Origin: Candidatus Altimarinota bacterium
GTDB lineage: Bacteria; Patescibacteriota; Gracilibacteria; 1-14-2-50-48-13
DNA: 64,000 bases
Direction: 5' to 3'
NCBI GenBank assembly: GCA_046314355.1
Contig: JBKBWQ010000001.1
Location: 448,001-512,000, forward strand
Made by a program: the position numbers and the translations under genes. The number at the start of each line of letters is the position of its first letter. The first letter of the stretch is position 1. Of the stretch, positions 39,401-49,400 are shown piece by piece. The notes under the pieces are model-generated. The model ran no database searches and was not told the DNA's origin. It saw only the letters and a program-made list of their open reading frames with translations.

Positions 39401-42020
39401 GCGAATCGATACGAACCGACTTTGATGTACTTTCAATCTGTCCGAAATCATTTCGCCCACTCACAGTTACTTTATACGTTCCTGACTTTGTAAAAGTAAT
39501 AACTCCTCCTTCACTTCCCCGTTTCTCAATAATTACTGAGTTATCAAATGGACTCACAGTAATACCTACGGATTCAGGCACAACATATTTTGTACTAGTT
39601 TCAAGATCATAGACCGCAGGATTAGCAATTCTTGGTGTAACCGTAAAATCAATTACTGGAGAAAGTGGATAAACGAGTACTCTGTCTTCTATCACTGTTG
39701 CTTTTTCTACCCCCTGATAGAGCGCAGAGAGACGGACAGTATAGTATCCTGGCTTAAGGAAAGCATAATCAAGACTATCTCCGTCAGATGTAAGCAAATC
39801 CTTTGTGTACTCACTCTGGTTTTGCGTACCGTTCTGTCCAAGATAGATAAGGTCTATTGTCTTTTTCTGCAGGAGAGAATCTTGTGAAAAAAGCGGATAG
39901 GTATTTATTCTAAATGTTGAACCAAGCTTATTTACATGCGGACTCACATCTAATTGTGTTTTATCTCCAAATACCGTAATAGAAGTAGAAAATGAGCTAA
40001 TGGAATTATTTGTTGCCTCATCAAGCCAGTCTATTCTCAATGAATATTTTCCTGGAGAAGGAAATGAGAATACTGGTTTCTCAGTTATCACCTGAGGTTT
40101 TTGACCATTAATACTTTCTTCCGTGTCTCCTGCAGACATAGCATCTTTACGTATCTCCTTCACTTCTATCTGTTTTTGTGAACTATCCTTTGTCTCGATA
40201 CGTAGGAATGAAGGCTTAACAGTTCCGTAGAGTTTTGGATCTATTGTAAGTTTAGTAGCACTCGCAGTATCCAGCATTGGTATATAGAGAGATTTATTTG
40301 CAAGAAGTCGAAGTGTCAGAGGCTTCTGCTCGTTATCGGGTGTGAAGCTAGTATATGTACCATCCACAAGAAGACGTTGTACAGAATCTACACTAGTAGA
40401 AGTATCCCCTACTCTCGGCAGCATACTATTTGAAAAGAAGAGTCTGTTTGTTGAGATAATACGTGCATTTCCATTTTCTCCTATAGCACTGATCTGATCC
40501 ACAAGAGTAAGCGTATCCCCTCTTGTAACAGTAAATCTGAGTGCAATATCTTTTTCATTGGCAACACTGCTTGTAGTACCGACGACTTCTCCTGTTGCTT
40601 TTAGTACTTTATGTTCGATTTTCTTAGTATCTACAAAAGTACGCATGTAATTCTTTTCATCATTGATAGTCATGATGACATTTATATCATTCTCCCCGTC
40701 CGTAACAGGTATGATAGATTCTGCGACAAAGTTACCGATATTTCTTTGAGGCGTTTCATCTGCCTTCACGTTATATTCCACATCCTTGACTGTATAATAA
40801 GAAAGCGCAAGAGGTCCAGATGGATTATTAGTACCGCTGCTGTTGGTTCCATTTGTACCATTGGTTCCGTTAGTTCCGTTTGTGCCAGTTCCGTTTGTGC
40901 CGTCAGTCCCTGTGCCATCAGTTCCATTGGTTCCTGTGCCATTTGTACCATCTGTACCTGATCCGTTAGTTCCATTCGTCCCCGTACCATTTGTACCGTC
41001 TGTACTTGATCCATTAGTTCCACTTGTACCATTAGTTCCGTTCGTACCATTGGTACCATTTGTGCCATTTGTTCCTGAAGTATTTGTTCCAGTTCCTCCA
41101 TCACCAGGATTTTTTACTCCATTGACTGTGTTATATACCGTGATACGCCCTGTCGTAGTGGCGACATTTCCATTAGGCATCTTTATAGATACAGTATCAA
41201 ACAATATCTCAGAGGCACCATATGCAAGATCAAACGTGACCTTCCCGCTCTGCCTAGATGCATTATAGGTTGTAAGTACCGCACCGTTTGAACCCTTCTT
41301 AATGGTGTGAGTGATATCAGTAAACTTTGTTGTAAGATACTGATAATTAGGATCTTTCATATCAAGTTCTACTGTAACTTTCGGCTGCTGATTGAGCGTA
41401 GCGCTGCCGTTATATTTTATAGCACTCTGACCATTGATAAAGTAATTTACATCCCGTGCATTGTAGGTTGAAGACGCATAGAGGTTATCTACACCAGCAT
41501 TTGTAGTAGAGGTAAGTGCGCTCCGTTCTCCATCAGTGGAAGCAAATAAGAATCCTAAGATGAAACTCACTATTGCATAGGAAAGCAAAATCGTACCAAA
41601 ACCGATAGTGATATTAATAATCGTTGAGAGAATCTTCTTTCTTCTGTCTTCCTTATTTTCCACAATAAGAAGAATACCTTCAAATATGATAAGTACTACC
41701 GCTACAAATCCTAATATAAAGAATACTGTATTGAGGACATTTGTAATCAGTGTAAACAGGTTTCTTCTTGGATTTTCATTACTATCTTCACAGTTTTGAT
41801 CCAGCTTAATATCACAAGGATTTAAGGAATTTGTATTAAGACCTTTATTACATTGAGAATTAAGCTTGTTTTCAGCCTTCGAACAAAAATCTACATCAGC
41901 TGCATAAACATTATTTACGTGAAGTACTGTCGTACTTAACCCTATTATCAATAAAAGCATCAGCATAAGCTGTTTCCATATATTCATCTTATTTTTTTGT
42001 CGTGATGATAAAAGGTTCAT
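33423..42020 (-). CDS. 2865-aa surface protein with N-terminal VirB2/TrbC-like pilin domain, GTN repeats, Ig-like region, helical region and C-terminal TM
   Basis: Signal peptide; two hydrophobic helices around ENKEDRRKK homologous to the neighbouring pilin. Confidence 0.85.
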   Translation of the reverse strand: MNLLSSRQKNKMNIWKQLMLMLLLIIGLSTTVLHVNNVYAADVDFCSKAENKLNSQCNKGLNTNSLNPCDIKLDQNCEDSNENPRRNLFTLITNVLNTVFFILGFVAVVLIIFEGILLIVENKEDRRKKILSTIINITIGFGTILLSYAIVSFILGFLFASTDGERSALTSTTNAGVDNLYASSTYNARDVNYFINGQSAIKYNGSATLNQQPKVTVELDMKDPNYQYLTTKFTDITHTIKKGSNGAVLTTYNASRQSGKVTFDLAYGASEILFDTVSIKMPNGNVATTTGRITVYNTVNGVKNPGDGGTGTNTSGTNGTNGTNGTNGTNGTSGTNGSSTDGTNGTGTNGTNGSGTDGTNGTGTNGTDGTGTDGTNGTGTNGTNGTNGTNGTNSSGTNNPSGPLALSYYTVKDVEYNVKADETPQRNIGNFVAESIIPVTDGENDINVIMTINDEKNYMRTFVDTKKIEHKVLKATGEVVGTTSSVANEKDIALRFTVTRGDTLTLVDQISAIGENGNARIISTNRLFFSNSMLPRVGDTSTSVDSVQRLLVDGTYTSFTPDNEQKPLTLRLLANKSLYIPMLDTASATKLTIDPKLYGTVKPSFLRIETKDSSQKQIEVKEIRKDAMSAGDTEESINGQKPQVITEKPVFSFPSPGKYSLRIDWLDEATNNSISSFSTSITVFGDKTQLDVSPHVNKLGSTFRINTYPLFSQDSLLQKKTIDLIYLGQNGTQNQSEYTKDLLTSDGDSLDYAFLKPGYYTVRLSALYQGVEKATVIEDRVLVYPLSPVIDFTVTPRIANPAVYDLETSTKYVVPESVGITVSPFDNSVIIEKRGSEGGVITFTKSGTYKVTVSGRNDFGQIESTSKSVRIDSLLGYDVSFLGAQKEQIPDNAGIIFQAGQIFTAQVKGRFMEKVGISIRGVNQSIPNMDGPAMSEGLQVFQKEFKFNQSGYFILDFFVYETGKTIPTKVSKSVYIKDDSHPAAAFDISAVKSSGNISLRPISNLCKVGGDYMEGYLVRKNQDYILDGSYSVKNNGLPVDGNNTFTWNIDGDTNFSNQERQVIQFKSLSLLAESCQQIKLTVVDNGVASTLTKYVRVQNTFPTYSSFMVEKPFGTLTSPVTVKATLTNLADPDRAGLPRIRWFYLVQGKEMQSEISQEVASRNITIMPYGSSGAKFMYQIGAQVFDGDLENAAVTDNQKSYTLYSEAFFIQTPQVPEPSIRISSPRGPDGGKTIPWLVSSPVNLSAQAILMTGDPVSPDAKYVWKIEKTSVVVGGCSDTQGELPKTITNSGLNLPYTFATCGVYAVSVSIDDKGKTATDNVVFQVKKVPADLTPAEQAVVDNYTNSNTNTIANNPNTSNGNSNNGTNPNTIGNGNSNTQTTPIVGGGGNTNTALPYTPFNTNQNGVVTPSNGYLPGTTANPNTNTIVAQINNSNGNGTTTDDDDLPDVPPVHTLPGGTTVPTTNPNINTSQPAYSNQDGSVKPAAPTAKDIEEIKKLIQNITTSSATNPSAPVVPANVSGYKIVGPTSLVGCTNTVLVLNANGEARLACNDYNLYSSDASVIAEYLKRKDENLYNDQFKALFEALNSQTSPDARLDTFEQILKKINTSGLSAEDKAQLLKIASFVAVAPVDRTLENKMVVDAVDNLKAGLVNALTDAEKTGNTLLSKYFNELAGLKNSTVSVDVKSTKMEQILKDIMNSTLIPDSTKQQIKSDVDSSTKTLVTKVSEIIRNTTTLSEAERKDLLDRINILQSSYQNDDPVTRAKKIQDAILSLMNQQNIGTDVKTLITKEVNNSISQISDKASERISTTFKQVAGQGGLIAKNLENDLNTNSGLTNTLKALKDLKNSITNASWIPPAEKTKVDTTIVSGLNGWLQEMKRSIESSTTLSSSEKDTYYKEIDALLAAKDSSVLLPQLEKQLSVWINDKRLTNDPVLYEKLIASLSIQADTALKNARGIVNAIPITSAEDLSRRASLVTEIDQKRQQVFPSITMLSQVSDARKGLSTIPELADKSREVDAKIVSTLNGSVGTLEAIFDAEGGAIFKPYLDKYKKALSEAATSSDPAGNSLKALNELYTVISKQDARYTNLKAKLGGYVEAFSRTTHSDIDRVTKTSNAASYAAEKKIINDTIDRIKNGKMTVSEAAHELDNLKKTILASEKLPVSVKLEMITALENDPTFQDYFKALRECTPVYVRGQNNVLQRMCQEELKNNPDLKPVASDDLFSEMQRAKEALMASIDTVVTDPELKKALNILLERLVTDKTLSMEKRLKNIRLLLSLLEHPSLSQENRASLLSKLYAIPVVGDEIKIIQENDLTIQNTHGAAPRELDQILKDILAATRPLATTERSVIREMLLQIKNFYGKKPDRVDAAVSFTSRLVTESKLDAEPQKKVQEMLIGLGRTDVSIDYGSVKPEITLDKLSRELDILQGRKIYEPAKASFDTLLKASSEKDFLAAQGASAKLQDMIQKSSELNEPEKTPIILDTGVTRDFYTYVAAKINPENSNANQNQAPLEELPAPATGEPSGFVSVLLTIGKVLLGIIILILLLGVGFYVSFLIYKGRHPDEHVDFEEYILNIREAVKKFFARFRKKDGEEQLFNENAEEALPRLPKNAEAHEEAPVSAPVEAEVVEEKPAVVEQNEDRHHDDGVIPPADGTAPSWLQMTPQIQDAPVEPAISTEAPSQTFTDAEPSSETAPLFDPFAVSPSDLTPLTVPQSPELAPELSPDHPATNNNDSEESFNEGMEALQDEQDKKVDAENAEETPVFDPFAEVNILPFEPGADLAKPPAENTEKVTQEPPVKKTAPGVLPQQRANAQRPYIPRNLQTAQQQVQSRGQRPNTGTGMPKKPLPPSGQQQPPAPRKPEPPRNT
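40830..41100 (-). repeat. Coding Gly-Thr-Asn/Asp repeat tract
   Basis: (GTN)n and GTDGTN units with synonymous codon variation. Confidence 0.9.
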
Positions 42021-42028
42021 AGAAAGTT

Positions 42029-42628
42029 TTATTTAATTATTCCGGTAGGACTTGCAGACACATACACCTTAGTATTTTCGTTATTTTCTATACTGCTCAC
42101 TTCTGGCGCTATTGCTCCTGTCTTTGACTTGAATTCATCAATATTTACAAGGTTTACGATGGCAATCACGATCGCATATGCAAAGAATATCAGTAGTGTC
42201 CCGATTGCGATGTTTATGATGGCAGTAATAGCCTCTTTCCGTTTATCAGTCTTATCACGGGAAAGAAGAATCTGTACTCCGAAGTAAATGATAATACCGA
42301 CAGCAACAAATATATAGAACTGCAGGAAGTAGTTAATCCATCCCAGTACAAGCTGTACGAAGCTATCCTGTCTCTGTATACCTCCTGGAAGATCTTCTGC
42401 AGCATTATCCAGTCCCGCTTCAAGTCCCTCCTGTGCATATGGAAAATTATCGTTTGGATTCGGAGTTATGCCAGGATTAAATGGAAAGTTTGAATCTCCA
42501 GGATTATAGACTGGTGTATTCTCGGCAAATGCCTCTGTTGGCGCAAAGAACAACAGAGCAGTTACAGTAAGCCCCAGAGCTATCAAAACTAGTCTAAATG
42601 TTTGTTTTATGTGTATTTTTGGCCCCAT
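42029..42628 (-). CDS. VirB2/TrbC-like (CPR T4SS-type) pilin
   Basis: Signal peptide ending AFA; VAVGIIIYFG...DKRKEA...IGTLLIFFAYAIV; extended -10 TGGTATAAT at 42667-42659. Confidence 0.8.
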   Translation of the reverse strand: MGPKIHIKQTFRLVLIALGLTVTALLFFAPTEAFAENTPVYNPGDSNFPFNPGITPNPNDNFPYAQEGLEAGLDNAAEDLPGGIQRQDSFVQLVLGWINYFLQFYIFVAVGIIIYFGVQILLSRDKTDKRKEAITAIINIAIGTLLIFFAYAIVIAIVNLVNIDEFKSKTGAIAPEVSSIENNENTKVYVSASPTGIIK

Positions 42629-42800
42629 TAAGCATGAGAAAAGAATTATATTCCTGTTATTATACCATATATGAGCTGATTAGAAAAATACTACCCAGCT
42701 TGCGAAAAGCAAATTTGATGGGTTAATTTTAAAAAGTATTGCATGAATAAAAAAAGTAAGATACTTTAACGATATTTTCTATTTTTTGCCCCATATACTT

Positions 42801-43379
42801 ATGAAAGTTGCAATCATTCGACACGGTGAGACTGAAAACAATAAGTTGGAAGTGTTCCAAAGCCCTATGGAAGGTCAGCTGACAAAGGAAGGAATAGAAG
42901 GAGCAGAAAAATTAGGACTACGTTTTAAAGATGAAGTTTTTACTATTATTTATTCTAGCGACTCTAAAAGAGCAAAAGATACTGTCGAAAAGATTACGCA
43001 GTATCATCCAGGTACACCTTTAGAGTATGTAGAGCTCCTTAGAGAGAGGAATTGCGGAGCCCTCATAGGAAGACCTAAGTCTGAGCTAGATCTCGACAAT
43101 CTCCCTGCTGATTATGAGACCGATACAATGATGCGTGTCCGTGCAAAAGAATTTAAAGTAACATACCTTGATCCGTACAAAGAAACAGATCAGTATATTC
43201 TGATCTCAACCCATGGAGCGTTCAGCAGAATGCTCATGACTGAGCTCTATGAGAGTCCCGATAAACACCCAAACAACGTAGGAGGCATCTCGAATACAGG
43301 AGTTACTGAATTTGAGTACTTCAATGACATAGGCTGGGAAAAGACACTAGATAACGACGTCTCCCACCTAAACAAATAA
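42801..43379 (+). CDS. Histidine phosphatase (phosphoglycerate mutase) family protein
   Basis: IIRHGET, SSDSKRA, LRE and STHG motifs. Confidence 0.9.
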   Translation: MKVAIIRHGETENNKLEVFQSPMEGQLTKEGIEGAEKLGLRFKDEVFTIIYSSDSKRAKDTVEKITQYHPGTPLEYVELLRERNCGALIGRPKSELDLDNLPADYETDTMMRVRAKEFKVTYLDPYKETDQYILISTHGAFSRMLMTELYESPDKHPNNVGGISNTGVTEFEYFNDIGWEKTLDNDVSHLNK

Positions 43380-43396
43380 ATCATTTCCAAAGATTC

Positions 43397-43437
43397 TTTA
43401 AAAGACTAGTAACAGCATTTGTTACTAGTCTTTTAAA
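43397..43437. terminator. Bidirectional terminator (18-bp perfect IR)
   Basis: TTTAAAAGACTAGTAACA/TGTTACTAGTCTTTTAAA between convergent genes. Confidence 0.8.
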
Positions 43438-43459
43438 ATCAGAATATATAGAAGAGTCG

Positions 43460-46400
43460 CTACTTCCCTTTTACATCAAACATTTGATTATCCTGCCCAA
43501 GTGGAATAGATAAGAGACCTGCCTGGACTCCTTCTACGGTGATCAGTAACATACTTACATACATACCATTTTTTATAATAGTCTCTCCGCCAATCATATC
43601 TGCATCATATGCACTACCTTCATTCATAACAAGAGTGTCATTTTTCTTGGTGAATTCATAAAGGTTTTTCCATTCATTTTCCTGCAGTATCTGTACAGTC
43701 TGTACCTCCCCGTTTACCTGCAAGCGTACTTTGTTCTTATCATATACTTGCAAATGTACTTGATCAGTTGGTACATCTCCCTGCTTTGTTAAGAAGCTAG
43801 ATCCAAGAGATGCATCCGTACTCTTTACAGTGGTAGATGTTTTTAATGTAGTCGTAGAGAAAAGTTTTCTGACATAGGTACTTCCCTGTTTCACGAGTAC
43901 ATCAAGAGTCTTACCTTCATACGTATCATTTACCTGGATTTTTCCAGCCTTGGTTACTTCAGCAACCTGGACATTTGTACTTCCAAGTATACCTAAACTC
44001 TCCTTTGCAAGGATCCCTTCAATACGGAAAGTACCGTTCACTCCTGTTTTGATACTTTGCGGGAGCGGAAGCTCAGATATATTTTTTGTAGTACTGCCGG
44101 TCTCAGATTTCATACGCATTACCCGAAGTTCCAGCCCTTCACTAGGAGGATCTATGTGTCCTTCCACAATACCATTTTCACTATCATAGCTGTCGATGAC
44201 AATATTTGTTGTACGCGGCTCAATAGTGAGATCCTGTACAGCCATATTTCCGACCGTATCCACTGCATGAAGTCTCATATAAAATTTCTTTCCTACCTGA
44301 TCAGCAGCGAATGGAGAGATTTTAAAGACTGGAGCGTTTACTACGTAGGTATTATTTTTAGTCTTACTTACTTTACAAGAAGCGATAGCAGGATTCTTAG
44401 GATCAGAACACACAACATCCTTATCATTTGTAGCATCTCCATCCTTGTCGCTATCACTATCTGTATCCTTATCCCAATACATAGTTGCTATCTCAGAAGG
44501 ATCGGATGCATATGCCTTGATTTCCAAACCATCTTTAAGTTCCGTAGGTACAGTCATATATGCACCTTTTTCTAGAGTGATATTTGGAGAGACCGTATCC
44601 TGCTCTCTCTGTGGATGAAGAAGAATAGGAGTAGTAAAGGTACCATACGCCTTCGTTTCAGGATTATACGGTGCAATAGTAGTAGAATATGGGACTCCTG
44701 ATTTTTGGAATGAAAGTATCGCCTGCATCTGTGATGCTTTCTTTACTACTATTACTCTCTCTACCGGTGTACCTAGTTCCTCTGATTTTAACTGTTCTTT
44801 CTTTACTTGATCGGCAACCTTCAACTCTTCTGATAATGCAGGAACTCTTGACGCATCTAACGTATATGAGCTCTCTGGACTAGCATAGATATAGTACTCA
44901 ACATAATTATTCTGAACTGCATCCTTTGAGACAAGGCTATCAGTGAGCCATGCATCGGGAGTTCGATGGAATCTTATGGCATAGACAGACGGCTTAGCAA
45001 GGCTGCTGTCTCCTCTTGTCTGAGGCATCAGGGAAATAATTGCCTGTCTTGCATTTTGTCCTAGTACTCTAAAGTTCTGGACACGAGGTGTTGCTGGTAA
45101 AAGTGAATTTATAGTCTTTGTATAGATTCTCTTTGGTCCTGTATACATAGCCTTAGCTGATCCAAGATTACTTCCCTGCGCCTGAGAAAGCACATTATAT
45201 TTGATGGAAATATCACGTCCCTGGTAATAGACGATATCTCTTTGTCCGTCACCATTGAGATCCTCGGCACTATCAAGACCAGAATCCTCATCATTTCCTC
45301 CGCTGTAATTCATAATAGGCACAAAGCTTCCAGGCAGGTCAGTGAGCTGTACAAGAAGATTAGATGCAGTTTCAGAGGAAGATGGATCAGGAGGGGTATC
45401 TTCTTTAGCAGTACTTGCGGTAGTAGTTGTACTGCTGGATGTAGTAGTAGCTGCTGCAATCAAAGTCCCATCACTCGTTGAGGCTGTGATTGGAGTAATA
45501 TCAGATGTTCTCACGCCTGCCTCAGGGATATCATATGTATCTGATATAACCTTCTGAGATTCTTCGATTTCAGGTGCCATCATCTCTCTATAGTCTATTG
45601 GTACGATCGCAGCGGCATTCTGGAGTATCACCTCAAGATTTTTCTGCTGCTCATTATTTCTTTCCTCAGGAGTCTGGAGAGATAGGTCAGTGCTGGCAGT
45701 AATAGTATTAGCAAAAGAATCTGCAAGCATACCCGCATCGGCAAGTACACTTCTAAAGTCTTCCATTGTATTTACTGAACTCATATTATTAATACTATAC
45801 TGTGCCTGTTCAAGATCCTTATGGAGCGTCTCAAGATTATTTCTTGTTGCCTTCCAGTTTCTTATTCCCTGGAAAGAATCACTTGAGACTGGCTCATCTA
45901 CCTCCAAAGCTTTTCCTTCTTTCTCAGCAAGAGCTATGATATTTTCTATCTTTTCTATAGCAATATGTCTTGCTTCACCAAGAGTATCTCCAGATGTTTT
46001 CAGAAGCTCTATTTGTGCTTTCAGTGAAGGAATATAATTATCAAAGGAAATCCCATCAGCTGTGGAAACATTTTCCATCAGAGATTTAAGCGCATCCATC
46101 TGTACAAAAAGATTCTGTACATCCGGAGACTGCATAACAGCTGCTACTTGCATATTTTCTTTAAGCTGATCTTCATTCAGCGTCTCAGCAATAGCATCTC
46201 CTGTAGATCCAGTGTCTGAAATCTGAATAGAATTACTCATAGTATCTGCAAGGTCATCGCTTACCTGCTGTACGCTGTTTCGAGCACTACTGAGCGCGCC
46301 GTTTGTTGTCTCAACGGCACTATTGATTCCCTGAGAAAGACGGTCAAGCGCTGAGCGTCCATCTTCATCCTTAAATGAAGCAGCAGCATCGGATAATACT

Positions 46401-49400
46401 TTAGAGGTTGCTTCAGAGGCAGTAGTCACAATACCTGAGACAAAACTCTGTACATTTCCAGTCACCATCTTATTCCACTGTTCTGCAGTAGTTTTTACTA
46501 AATCAGTAAGAGCAGTATACGGCTTCTTATTTACCAGATTGATATACCCTGAAATCTTTATCTGATCAATTCCCGGAAGCACTATGTCAGAGGATTTATT
46601 TTCTTTTATCTTGAAAAGTGTCGTACCTCTTGTAAGTTTTTCGATCTGTGAAGCAAGCTGCCACTCAGGTATTGGTATAAGATTTTTACGCACAAGACAG
46701 ATATTCTGTAGGATCTTATCAAGAATCTGAATAGTTGTAGTAATAGTAGCATCAAGCTTTGGTATGATAGGAGGAGGCGGAAGGTCTGCAAGTTTTGGCA
46801 GATCAAGCTGAGGGAACTCAGGAAGATCCGGCAGATCAGGTAATGCAGGAAGTACAGGAAACCTTACATTAATACCATTCTTCATCATAAGGGAGAGATC
46901 CTGCTGAGAAATACTTGATTCCAAAGATATATTCGGGAATGTAATAGGCGAGAGTTTTGGAATCTGAAAGTCTACTGGGCGAAGTTTGATATCAGGAATG
47001 GTAATTCTCATCTGCGCACGCACATTTGAGAAGTCCACAACGATATCAGGCCATCTCGGGACACGTATCACTGGAATATCAGGGATAATATTTCCTAACG
47101 CATCAAGGGTACTTGCAAGAGCAGAGCCCTTATCGTTTACACAGTCAGCACAGGAGTTTCTATAGTTTTGGAAAACATCCACAACTATCTGGAAAGTTTT
47201 ACTGTAGTTTTTGATCTGATATATTGCTTTTTTCCAGTTATTTATGATCTTTTGCTGGCGGGTAATATATCCGGAAAGAAAATCAATCACACCAGTGGTA
47301 GTCTCCACAAGACGTCCAACTGTATATGATTTCCATTGAACATATTTTTTGAACTTCACCTGAATGTTTGCGTACTGATTCAGTCTCTCAAGGTTTTTTT
47401 GAAGCCCCTGAATATTCACCCAGGCATCAGATCCTACTCTTGCTACAGCAAGACATCTTATGCTGATATCTGCTCCTGTACTCACACTTCCATTTGTATC
47501 AATAGTAGGAACTCTCGGGGTACCGCTTGCCTGCATTCTTGGTATAATGCTGAAATTTGGCTCAGAGATCGTATTATATGCTTTAGGATCATCAAAGAAA
47601 CAATCTGCATTTGCCTTATAAAAATTCTGGAAATTCTCAATAGACTGATCCATGGCGTATTGGATGTTCTGCTTTATTTCAAAAAACTTTTCCGGAGCAA
47701 TCCACGGATATTCGAATACCACTTCCTCATGAGTAATATTCACAAGAGGAATTTTGCTTAAGAAATCAAGAGCGTCTCCTATGCCCTTCTGCTTCATAAG
47801 GAAAGAATTTACAAGACTAGGATCGGAAACTTGACCTGATAGCTCTGTATACCAGCTTGCATCTTGCAGTACATTCTGCATCTGCTGACCGATAAAATCT
47901 CCTTCACAATTGATATCTCCCTGCACATTATTAAGCGTAGTATTTACATAATCCTTTGCACTTGAGAGTCCTTCAGCAGTTTTTGAAATAAGATCATCGA
48001 TATTCTGCACCGTTTGGTTATTTGTATCTGTTCGAGTCTGAGCCTTTTGATCCATACGTGCCAGACAGCGTTCTCTCGTAGCTGCGATAGCCTGTTGTTC
48101 TTTAGCCGCAATCATGGAACGGATCTGATCATCAGTAGCACTAGAAGAAAGGAGAAGGAGCTCTTCCTTTGCTATCGTAAGGAGATTTGCACGGTTCTTG
48201 GCATTTATCTCTGTCTCGACCTCAATATAGGTCTTGTTTATCACTTGAGTTCTAAGAGCATCTTCCTTGAGGGTTGTAGATCCACTTATATTCAGTTCAG
48301 CAGCTCTTCTTCTTAGCGTTGCAAGATCCATGCTATTTACTTCCTGCAATGCATCCTTCTTTTCTTCATTAAGCACAAGAGTCTTCAATGCCCCATCAGG
48401 AACATTTTCATCTACAATACCAAGACTTTTTGCCTTGGATTCAAGAGTAGCTCTTGTATCATTTTTAGTTTTAGCTTCAAGGGCAGCTTTCTCAGCAGCA
48501 GTTGGGTCTGGTTTTAATGCATTCTCAGACATAGTAGCAGCACCTTTGATCACATTTCCGATCAGACTTCTTGGATCCGGAAGACGTATATAGATAGTAG
48601 GTATTTTCAAAAGCTTGAGGAGTTCTTCCATCTGTCTCTCCACCCAGTCCATCGGTATCTTTGGAAATCCTCCTGCATGTTTATTATAAGAAGTATTTGG
48701 TGCAGAACTATTCTTTGCAAGTGTTGCAAACTGCTCCATATAACTTGGAGTCAAAGCAGGATCATTAAATTCATAATGGTATGCTATAAACGCTCCATCT
48801 GGTTCAGCACCTGCCTCAGCGATTCCTCTTTTCTTTACTCGTGCAGCAGCATAGGCACCGCCTCCGATCATCTCAGTAGCTGCTGTAACCACTCCTGTCA
48901 AAGCACTTTCAAGACTTTGACATAACTTCACAAGATCAAATACATCTGGAAGAATAAATGGGTAACAATTTGCATTTGGAAGTGGAGTTACAACACCTAC
49001 AAGCGCAGAGGTATCTGCCATACCGAAATCAAATGGTCCTACACACACAGCCATCGCCATACGTGCTGAGAGTGTCACAGAGAAATAGACACGAATTTGA
49101 GACAGACTTTTACTATTAAAGTATGTCCCATCCGGAGGCCATACTGGCACTAGACCTGTAGGAGTTGGGAAAGCAAATACTGGAATATCCGGTCCTTCAA
49201 AGAGTTCTGATTTACCCGGCACGAGGAAGGCCTTATTTTTTGGGAATAGTCCGCATCCTCCAAAGTAGCAGTTATTTTCTGACAACCGTTTGTTCACTTG
49301 ATCCAGAGCGGTAGATGCTCCTTGAGCTAACTGAGATACCCCGCCTGTTACGGCACCAGCAATATCTATATCTCCAGCTTTGACTACAGCAGCATTTTTA

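Noticed and set aside
40843-41268. Antisense VPF/VPL-repeat ORF
   Set aside because: Shadow of the GTN repeat.
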